Source: a virus
Taxonomy: Duplodnaviria > Caudoviricetes
IMG/VR virus record: IMGVR_UViG_3300046467_000501
Span: 1 to 52,691 of that record
Length of the DNA: 52,691 bases
Reading direction: 5' to 3' (one strand)
Part shown: positions 7,152 through 16,700 of the stretch, one piece after another
How the letters are laid out: each line of letters starts with the position of its first letter
Numbering within the stretch: the stretch's first letter is position 1
Made by a program: the position numbers and the translations under genes
Notes under the pieces: generated by a model
The model's input: only the letters and a program-made list of their open reading frames with translations
Told to the model about the DNA's origin: nothing
Databases searched by the model: none

Positions 7152-8850
7152 GATCAAGCTCTTAGCCGATAAACTTTCACTGGGGCAATACAAAAAGAAA
7201 TGTCCTGAGTGTAACCACACCCGCTCTAAGCATAAGCACGACAAGCCTTTATCAATTAACATCGACTCAGAGGGAGTCCGATACCACTGCCATCATTGCG
7301 ATACAAATGGAGGATGGATGCACAACGAAAAGCCCCCACCACCGATAACCCCCCCCACGGGTACAAACGATATCGTCCAACGCTACCTTAAAAGCCGTAA
7401 CATTGGCGAAGATGTAATCAAAAACCACACTGTTCAGGGCACCTATACTTTCAATGGGAAGAGTGTACCAGCAGTAGGGTTCCCGTACCGTGATGGCACC
7501 AACATCGTAGCAATCAAATGGCGCAGTGCGGATAAGGGGAAGTACTACAGTCAAGAGAATGTATGTCAGGACTTTTTTAATCTGAATAGCTACGTCAAGG
7601 GCAACGACATCCTGCTCGTAGAGGGGGAGATGGATGCGCTGTCATGGCTGTCCTGTGACCTGCCAGACAACCTGACGGTCATGTCCATTCCGAATGGGGC
7701 ACCCTCCCATGTGAGAGATGGGAAGGTAGATCCTAGAGAGGACAAGAAGTTTCAGTATGTCTGGAGGGCGAAGAAGCAGATAGAGTCAGCGGGAAGAATC
7801 ATCCTGTGCTTTGACAACGACGAGGCTGGCTTCGCCCTGCGTGATGAGATCGTCAGGAGGATAGGCACCAGTAAGGTGTGGACGATGGATCTGGAGGATT
7901 ACAAGGATACATCTGAGGCACTGACTGACAAAGGAGTAGAATATCTTTTAGGACAACTGGATGTATGTGATCGCTACCCAACGGTGGGATTACACAGGGC
8001 CAAAGATTTCCGTAAAGAGTACGATATCCTCTACGAAGAAGGACAGATCCAAGGGGCATCCACTGGTATTAGGTCTATTGATAAGATGATTCAGATCGTA
8101 CCGGGAATGGTAACGATAGTTACGGGTTTCCCTTCAAGTGGTAAGAGTGATTTGATCGACCAGATCTGTCTGAACCTAGCTAGATCCGAAGGATGGAAGA
8201 CAGCGTATTGTAGTTTTGAGAAACCACCTGCTCTGCACATGGCACAGCTTGCACAGAAGCTGATGGATCAGCCCTTCTTTGAGGGCATCTCCCCAAGGAT
8301 GAAAGCAGAGGCGAAGGACTATGCCTATGAGTGGATTGATCAGCACTTTCTTTTCATGGATCACACACGCGATGGGCCTACGAAGATTGATGGGATCTTG
8401 GATGTGGCATCAGCGGCTATCATGCAGATGGGATGCAGGGTACTGGTCATTGATCCGTACAACTTCATAGAGCTACCGCCCTCAGACAGAGAGACGGATG
8501 CAATCAGCAAGATGCTGACCAAGGTACAGAAGTGGGCCAAGGCGCATGACGCCCACTGCTTCTTCATCGCTCACCCCACCAAGATTGCACCGGACAGGAG
8601 ATCGGAGAAGAAGGTGGTGGTCACGGGGCATGACATCGCAGGTTCTGCGGCTTGGTTCGCAAAGGCTGACCTAGGCATAACCGTCTGGCGGCATCCGCAG
8701 GACATGGAGCCCAGTGAGTTTCATTGTTGGAAGGTGAGGTGGGGATGGATCGGCACGAATGGTTACTGCCGACTCGACTTTGATCGTGCTACCGGAAGAT
8801 GGTCAGATCATATACGAGAATCAGTAGATGATAGACAGTGGGACTTCTAG
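7126..8850 (+). CDS. T7 gp4/Twinkle-like primase-helicase
   Basis: Zn finger CPEC/CHHC, TOPRIM EGEMD and DND, Walker A GFPSSGKS, VIDP, AHP. Confidence 0.92.
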   Translation: MFQQLVPNEIKLLADKLSLGQYKKKCPECNHTRSKHKHDKPLSINIDSEGVRYHCHHCDTNGGWMHNEKPPPPITPPTGTNDIVQRYLKSRNIGEDVIKNHTVQGTYTFNGKSVPAVGFPYRDGTNIVAIKWRSADKGKYYSQENVCQDFFNLNSYVKGNDILLVEGEMDALSWLSCDLPDNLTVMSIPNGAPSHVRDGKVDPREDKKFQYVWRAKKQIESAGRIILCFDNDEAGFALRDEIVRRIGTSKVWTMDLEDYKDTSEALTDKGVEYLLGQLDVCDRYPTVGLHRAKDFRKEYDILYEEGQIQGASTGIRSIDKMIQIVPGMVTIVTGFPSSGKSDLIDQICLNLARSEGWKTAYCSFEKPPALHMAQLAQKLMDQPFFEGISPRMKAEAKDYAYEWIDQHFLFMDHTRDGPTKIDGILDVASAAIMQMGCRVLVIDPYNFIELPPSDRETDAISKMLTKVQKWAKAHDAHCFFIAHPTKIAPDRRSEKKVVVTGHDIAGSAAWFAKADLGITVWRHPQDMEPSEFHCWKVRWGWIGTNGYCRLDFDRATGRWSDHIRESVDDRQWDF

Positions 8851-8857
8851 GGGGGGG

Positions 8858-8886
8858 TTGACAAGATTGATACAGGGTGTTAGGTT
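8858..8886 (+). promoter_or_regulatory. sigma70-like promoter
   Basis: TTGACA-17 nt-TAGGTT. Confidence 0.7.
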
Positions 8887-8924
8887 GATTATCAATCAAT
8901 CACCCCTCAAAGGAGGAGAGACAG

Positions 8925-9161
8925 ATGAAATTCTATAGAGTGGATACAAGAAGCGCAGAGATGAGCAGTGAGGGTTTCTACTGGTTCACTTCACGCAAAG
9001 AAGCAGAGCGGTGCAAGCGGGAATGGGACGTACGGGTAGACGGAACTTACGATAACGAAAACAGGCATTGGGCAAAGATCGAAGTCGTCACTGTTCAACC
9101 GAACAAGAAGGGTATCCTGCGGGTGTTGAACCGCTGGGCATCTGATCCATCCAACGGCTGA
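8925..9161 (+). CDS. hypothetical protein (78 aa)
   Basis: AGGAGG RBS and its own promoter. Confidence 0.75.
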   Translation: MKFYRVDTRSAEMSSEGFYWFTSRKEAERCKREWDVRVDGTYDNENRHWAKIEVVTVQPNKKGILRVLNRWASDPSNG

Positions 9162-9262
9162 TGTCTAATCTTATGATCTTTATTGCGGGTGTTATGGTGG
9201 GCAACCTCATTGGGATGTTCATCATGGCGTTGCTCATAGCAGCGTCCAGAAATGGGGGGTAG
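9161..9262 (+). CDS. 33-aa single-TM peptide
   Basis: MSNLMIFIAGVMVGNLIGMFIMALLIAASRNGG; TGATG coupling. Confidence 0.55.
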   Translation: MSNLMIFIAGVMVGNLIGMFIMALLIAASRNGG

Positions 9263-9282
9263 CCTAGACACCTTCGTGACAA

Positions 9283-9329
9283 CCTCGACGCTCCTAGGGG
9301 CATCTGAAGCCCTATGAGGGGCGTCGGGG
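9283..9329. terminator. hairpin at the convergence of plus- and minus-strand units
   Basis: 13-bp stem 9283-9295/9317-9329 including G-U pairs; no clear U tract. Confidence 0.35.
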
Positions 9330-9971
9330 TTATGGTGTCAGCAGGAAGACAGCGAGCCCCCCGGCAGCAGCACCGAACAATGCGACCTCTGGTATGTCGA
9401 AGATCTTCGTGAGGAAGCTGGGCGCAATGACATTTTGCTGCTCTTCGATTGTCTGAAGAGCTAGTGTCAATGAGGCGTTTACAGCAAAGAGTTCAGCCTC
9501 ATGTGCCTGTCGCTCTCTAAGGGCTGCGTCTTCAAGCGAGCGCATACGATTCTGCGCGGTGAGCAATGCAGCGGCACTCACGCGCTCGACTTCTTCGTGG
9601 GCCATGCTAGTGACGATGGCTTCTGCTCGCATCTCTTCAATGGCACGTTGAAGGATAGGCTGATCAGCGGCTAGGTTCTGAGCCCTGCGGAACGCCTCCT
9701 CCGCAGCAGCCTCTTGGGTCGCCGCTTCCTCTTCCGCTTCGGCAATGGATTCAGCCGCCTCCACCTCTTCTGCCTGAGCAACCACCACCACGCTGTCGAA
9801 TGCTGCCGCTGCGACCACGGCCACCTCATGCGCCACGGCTGTGCTGTCCTGCCAATCTTCTATCTGCTCACGCAGGGCACTGACTCGACCAAGGGCTCCA
9901 GCCAAGTTCACGACAGTCAGGACTAGGATCACAACAAGGGTTGCGATACCAGCGATAGCCCATTTACTCAT
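9330..9971 (-). CDS. spanin-like coiled-coil membrane protein
   Basis: N-terminal TM, Ala/Glu coiled coil, C-terminal hydrophobic segment; follows the endolysin. Confidence 0.6.
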   Translation of the reverse strand: MSKWAIAGIATLVVILVLTVVNLAGALGRVSALREQIEDWQDSTAVAHEVAVVAAAAFDSVVVVAQAEEVEAAESIAEAEEEAATQEAAAEEAFRRAQNLAADQPILQRAIEEMRAEAIVTSMAHEEVERVSAAALLTAQNRMRSLEDAALRERQAHEAELFAVNASLTLALQTIEEQQNVIAPSFLTKIFDIPEVALFGAAAGGLAVFLLTP

Positions 9972-10440
9972 TGCTGCCCCACCTAGCAGGGGACGGCCTG
10001 TTGATCATGCCACGAACGTCGATATGCGTGAACGTCTTGTATCGACCGATGCCGAACTTATCGGAATCGGGATGGCTCTCCAAGATGTCAGCCACTTCAC
10101 TTGGGGTGAACCCCGGCTTCGTTACATCGGCTGCACCGCAGGTAAGATGCATCGACCGTGAGACACCACCGATCCGGTGGTTATAAATGATGTCCCGATA
10201 CCAACTGTTAATCAGCACCGGAGTTGTCTTGAACGCTTCTCGCAGATCACAGAGAACATGGCAGAGCTTGATTGCATTAGGGACCAGATGGAACGGTGGT
10301 GACACTAGATGATAGTCACCATAAAGCCGTGCATCAGGGGCCTTGCGTCCGATGTCAGCGATCTCAAGCGGATGGAAATTCTCAATACCTTCTACCGCTA
10401 AGGCTTTGCCGCACATCTCCACCCACTCATCCTTCGTCAT
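9964..10440 (-). CDS. endolysin, peptidase M15A family
   Basis: INSWYR...N...GG..RSMHL..AAD and GIGRYKTFTHIDVRG motifs. Confidence 0.88.
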   Translation of the reverse strand: MTKDEWVEMCGKALAVEGIENFHPLEIADIGRKAPDARLYGDYHLVSPPFHLVPNAIKLCHVLCDLREAFKTTPVLINSWYRDIIYNHRIGGVSRSMHLTCGAADVTKPGFTPSEVADILESHPDSDKFGIGRYKTFTHIDVRGMINRPSPARWGSNE

Positions 10441-10744
10441 CTTCTCTAAATTTTGGGTTGTTGTCTAACAGTTCAGGACGCTGCAATCTTTTAGCCGCTT
10501 GTGCTATGCCCGATGCCACCGCTCCAACTTGAGGGGCGAGGTACTGAGCCACCCGTGGACCGCCTGCCCATGCAACGAGGCCGATCACCAGACTTCCCAA
10601 AAGAACATACGCAGGTTCTGGTACGTCCCAGATCATGGAGTCGAGAACGATGAGGGTGCCCGTAAAAGCTAGAGATCCGAAAAGGAATGTTCTGGCAGCA
10701 CTGAGGTTGCCGCGCTCATCTGTGAGTATTTCTTTTATCGGCAT
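10427..10744 (-). CDS. putative holin
   Basis: Two TM segments, charged C-terminus, directly upstream of the endolysin. Confidence 0.7.
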   Translation of the reverse strand: MPIKEILTDERGNLSAARTFLFGSLAFTGTLIVLDSMIWDVPEPAYVLLGSLVIGLVAWAGGPRVAQYLAPQVGAVASGIAQAAKRLQRPELLDNNPKFREDDEG

Positions 10745-13700
10745 TATGGCCTCGTACCCAAGGCAGCTTCCATCACACTACGTTCTTCCCTTATGTCGCC
10801 CATAATATTGACCATCTCCGCGAGCATATCATCACGAATCTCAAACATTCGGAAGAGTTGTCTGCGCTTGTCGTCATCGGACAGATCGGTTCTCTCAAAT
10901 AATCTGTCGCGTTCCGTCCGGTAATGCTTCATGCGGCGTTCAAAATACTGGAGCCGTCTCTTGGCATCGAACATCCCTTTATGTTCTTGCTCAAACTCCT
11001 TTGCCTCCTCATATCCCCGGCCTTCCTTGATCTGGCCCAGCGTGGTGACCAGTGTGTTCATGTCTTCGACGGCCTCATAGAAATCTTCTTGGAATCCTCC
11101 ACCTTTCTGTGCATCATATAGGAGGTCACCAAGCATCGGCATACTAGCTACGGTGCGCCAATCAAATCCGAAGTCAGCCGATGTTCCTACCACATTTTCG
11201 TCCGTCGCTTCACGGGCGAGACGATCAGCCGCAACAAAGAGGTAAGACCCTAGCGTACCCCCGTACTGCCTCATCATATACTCAAGCTTCATGGGCGAGT
11301 TCAAGAAGTCCACGTTCTTGAGGAACGGGATATCATTCAACTTGTCTCCGACCAATCTCGTGATCATGCTCGTGTACGGATTGTATTGCTCGCTCGCCAT
11401 GACAGTGTCTTCCATCCACTGCGGCACAATCGCGTCTCTTTGGTAGGCATCCTTATTTGACCATGCGTCAATCATCGGACGTATGAATTGCGGCCTGAGA
11501 TCCATCATCAGGGAGCCCTTAATTTGTCGTGCCATTTCGTCCCTGACATCCCTGACATCATGTTCCTGTTCAAACATCATCCTCAGTATCTGCTCAGGTA
11601 TAACCTTGTAGAGAGTGCCAACCTCAAACGGTATCGGGATTTTGACATGGAGGCCGTTGCCCATAGGTATCAGCCACCAATCGTTCTTCAAGTCTTCGCG
11701 GGTGTTCTTATACTCCTCGTCATCCTTGACCATGAAGTAGTACATGGCGGTGGCCCCAATGAAGAGCGCACCCCTCGACACGGCAGTCAGTTGTCTTTGT
11801 GTCCGTAATGTTTTGCTATCTACATCCGTGACTCCCTCTTCCCCGAACAATCCGGGTGCGTCCATTGAACCAGCGTGTGTCCTATAGGTTACATCCAGAC
11901 CTTGGATACGACCGTTCAAGAATGGGGACATCGCTGTCATTACAGCGAACATGGGACTCGCGCCACGGCGTCCATAGTTGATGATTTCTATCGCCTGATG
12001 GAGTGATTCGGCAGCGTTCCCGTCCGTCTTGGCCATGGTGTTGTCGTACACAGCCATCCGTGTCGCAACCTCAGATCGCTTGGACATATCACCCAGAACA
12101 TCCCACAGATTGACCGCCCAGTCGAGTGGATTCAGCCAAGCAGATGGTGACGACAGCTTACCCCTCTTCTGCTTCTTTAACTTCTTCCTAATATCTACTG
12201 CCGCCGGATCGTTGGGATCAGCCTGCCAGTCAACGGCAATCCCCAGCCCTCGCTCTTCAGCCCTTACCAGAATATCCGGTGTCGCAAAGTTCGCCATTGC
12301 CTTGAAGAACAAGGCTGGCCCACCTCCGTAGTTGACGGAAGCTTGCCATGAATCCCTGATGATGTTCTTGATCACAAAGGGTGGTGAACGCACGACCGCT
12401 TCACGCAGGATTTTTGCAGGCCCCACGACAAGCTTGGTCAGCCCTTTCCTAAGCCGCTCGTTCTTGATGGCCTTACCAAAGAAGTCCTCAATCGCTTGCT
12501 GTGGGCTGAAGCCTATGCTCATAATCGCACGGGACAATTCGGGATCTAAGACAAGGTAGCTTTTAGAAATTCCAGCTTCTTCGATACCAGTTGTTTGGTT
12601 TTCGTTATTTAAATCCGTCGATATACCCTTGGCCGTGACGATCATAGAGGAGAAACCACGCTTTTTTAAACGCTCCATCTGGTCACTTCTCTGTTCGTTT
12701 AGCTCTGTTATCGTTGCGTTCAGTTCAGTTAACTCCGTTGCCATGTCCTGTGGCATATCTTGCGTCTTCAGTTTCGCGTACTTCTCCTTTTGAATTTGCA
12801 GATACCTTTGACGGCTGAGTTGCTCGTCGGACGGTTCGATCAGTAATTCGGCAGTGCCGTTAGCAACCTCGTCGCGCATTGATCTGGTCGTGGCAATGTT
12901 GGTCATGCCATCTCTGATCATAGCTTGAACATTGCGCTGTAGGTTACCGAACAGATCGGTGCTAATTGGGAGCAAGCTTCCCCTGATCTGTTGGTCGATG
13001 AGAGGCCCTCCACGGGTAGCCACCTCCTTCTCTGCTCCTTCTGATACCGCCTTATCTTTCTTTTTTCTAACATTTTCATTCTCGCTATTGGACATGGGAT
13101 CATTATTTTCCCAGCCCATATCCCTATAGAACGGGATGAAGCTCAACTCCTGCATTATCTCACCGCGCTCAATGCTAACCAGCCCCGTGTCCATTCCAAA
13201 TTGAATCACATGGTGGTTGAAGGTGGCATACTCTTTGCCAAACTGAACGATGGCGAGATCCATCTCCGCCTCACTTGATTCAATTCTCGCAATTTCTGCC
13301 TTTGCATCGTCAATGGGTATGTTTCTCTGGCGAGGAGTCTTGAGCGGATTGGCATCATCATATGCCTGCTCCCAACTCTCCTTATTTCTTCTCGCCGCTA
13401 TGATGTCATCTACACTAGCCCCTGTCTGGATTAAAGCATCTAGTTCTTGTCTCGCCACTTCTCTCTTGGCCTGAAGGTCAACCACACGTTTCGCGGCCAT
13501 ATAGATAGTTGCACTAACTTCAGCGGCTTCACCCATCTCAACCAATGGCCCAATGATCTCATGCAGACCTTTGACATCACGCTGAAGCCTGAAGCCGCCA
13601 TCTACATAGACGATCATACCATGCGACATCACTCCGGGTATGAAGTTCATTGCATTGTCGGCAATTCTCCACGCAGCTACTGCTGAGTTCTCTGCCAGCC

Positions 13701-16700
13701 TGCTGAGAACTTCACCGTATTTCGCTATCTCCCTTTGCCACGCACGTTTTGAGGACTTCCAAGTGGCTAAACGCCTGTCAGCGAAATTCAACCTGAATTT
13801 CTCTCTTATGCTGTACTCCATCATCTTTTCAAAATCTGCTCTAGTTCCTACAAACTTTGGCCTACCGTCCTCGTCTGTCCCAACTTGGTTGTGGTAGTCT
13901 GTCGCATTGACTATCTGCTCTCCCCCGGATACACCACTAGATCCTTCTACCCATCCCTCATCAATAAATCTCTGGTTAGATGCTTCCGTCTCACTAGGTG
14001 TGACCACATCGGTTTTACCAAACCGGAAGAGACGAAGCTCTCGACTGTCGGTAGGCATACGATACGCTGGCTTCCGGCCATCCTTGAACCTGAAGTAGGC
14101 ATTCAATGATTCAAGGTCGATGTCACCATCCTCTATCGCCTTCGCATTGAGCATGGGTGATATGAAATTAGGGGTGCCTTCAATCTGTCTTCGTGCGCTC
14201 AGTTCACTGATCAGAGATTCCTGCAACCGCTGGTGGGGGGTGAGGGTTGGATCAGAGAACTCAAAGGTAGAGTCCAGTATTATATCTATGGCTTCGTCTA
14301 TTTTTGCGGGATCACCATCCTTGACGGCGTCCCTCAATCGCTTGGCATCCTCTGGTCTGGCCCGTTCAATGAGGTGCAGCGACATCACACCGTCCGGTGA
14401 TTTCGCCTTTTCCCTTCTGCGCTTCATCGTATCCACGTTCTGGAGCTTCTCAAACACCTCCAACACAGGGAGTATGTCCGCCTCTTCGGCACTACTCGCT
14501 ATGGCACCGAACACCGCCTTTAGCTGACGCTTGATCTTGCCGATTAGGCCAGAGGTTCTAGCCACTGGGATCTTGTCCTGAACAAGGGCGTCCAAAATAT
14601 GGACAGACGTTTCTTCTGTTAGTGCCTCACCCTCAAGCCGGGGGATATTATTCTCATCCGTGTAGACTTCCCCAACATACTCTCGCCAAGTCAGCCCCCG
14701 CTCATGGGCATTTGAATCAACTTCTTTGGGCACTCTGGTGCGACCATACCTATCCAATGCCTTGCGGTCGCCGTCGTTCAACCATTGTCTGACGAAATGA
14801 ATATGCGCCCCTTCGTGGGCCACGGCGTCCTTGATCAGGGTTTCGATGTCGGCCTCTTTATGCTTGCCCACAATCTGCGAGAGATTGAAAACTATCCGGT
14901 TACCATAGTTTTGCAGGGAAGCTACGGCCCCACCTTCATATGTGGGTCTGTATATGGGATTGTCATTGGCATCTTTTGCCAACTTCGGCTTGCCATCTTC
15001 TATGATGACCTTGCCATTCTCGTCCATCTCGACCACAAAGGCCCCATTGATTATGACATCCTTCACTTGGGCCATCATATCGTCCACGTTAGCCGTGAAC
15101 TCAACAATGACATTCTCCAAGCCAAGCTTCTTGAGAGTCCTCGTTACGATATCCTTATATTTTTTAACCCTTTTACTCGCTTCTTCTATGCTTTTGGCAT
15201 CACCAACTATTTGATCTTGAGGCTTAACATCAGCCATGATACCCTCACTAACTTCCCGCAGGGTCTTTGCTAACTGTTCTTTCTCTTTCTTGGCTTGTTT
15301 CGTCCTGTCTGGTATGGGTTCAGTACGCAAAACACGCTCAAAAACCATTTCTTGTTGACCACGACCCAAGTCACTCCAATCGACATCGGTGCCCAGTGTG
15401 TCACTGATTAGTTCTTTAAAGAACTTTGACTGGAATAAGCTACCCGACCTCTTCCACTGCGATACTGAGAAATTCTTTATCCCTAACAGTTCCTTGAAAA
15501 CATTTTCCGTGAGATCGTATCCACTTTTCTGGAGTTTTTCGATTAACTTTTTAATCCTACCATCAGCCAACTTGCCCAGAGTAATACCAACCCAATCCTT
15601 GGGTGGTCTTTGATCCATGCCCTCTTCTTCAATTACGTCCGCTAGAGGATCTATCGCAGCTAATCCTAGGATAGCGTCCACGGCTCTCTTGGCTTGAGTT
15701 CTGCCATGTGCCCTGCCTTCTTGTGCGGTGCCCCTTGGCCCAGCGCGTGTACTTGGCTTGGCTTCTATCGGGGATACCATGGGCCTGCGAACGGCCTTGG
15801 CTGGCACTGTCTTGCGGTGGGGAGACGCTTGCCTGCCAGTCCTGCCCGACTGCGTCCATCTTAGACTTATCCCTTCACCACCAAGGATGCGTTCGACATA
15901 GCTAGTGGCCTCTGCGGGGGTCATGCTTAGTTCTGCGTCTGCGTCTGCGGCTGCGGATAGGGCAGCTAATTCCCTGTAAGCCTCCCTTTGTTCTGGGCTG
16001 ACCAAATATTCTTCAAGTTCAAAGTTGCCATCGGGGTCAGCGGGATCTGACAAGGTGTCGATAAGGACAGGACGAGATTCGATTTCACCATAAGCTTCAT
16101 TTATTCTTCTGTTCTGATATTCTTCACTTTGCAGTTGTTTCAGTCCGCCAACTATGCGATCTCTACTGCTATTTCTAATCTGTTTTATGGCCTCTTCTTT
16201 GAATTCTGCAAGCGACAACTTTGTTATTGGCTTGCCCTTTTTTATGATGACGTTGCCATCCTTATCCCTCTGCGGGGGATCAATGTCAGGGAATTCTTTA
16301 CGCATCTTTTTTTCAGTAGCGACATCAATCGCCTTCAGGCTCTTGGCTAATTCTTCCTTTGCCGTTTTCACACCATCGCTTGCAAGCTGATCAAGCGTTG
16401 ACGGTTCAATAACGACATCGCCTTCATTGAGAGAATCCAGAAGGGCTTGGTCACGCTTTAGTCCCCCTTCAAGTCTTCTGACCTTATCTTCGGGGCTCGT
16501 CGCATTCTCCAACTGTGTTCGTAGCTCGTCCCTCCTTTTTATAGAATGATTGTACTCTCTCCTAGACCTTCTTTGGTTATCTATGTCCGTCTTCGTTGCG
16601 GGTAAAAGCGAAGCTGGATGAATCGCATTCTTTCTTGGGGTGCCATCTTTCTTGGCGGGGATCGAAGGAATCTTTCCCGCCTCTGTAAGGTCATATTCAG

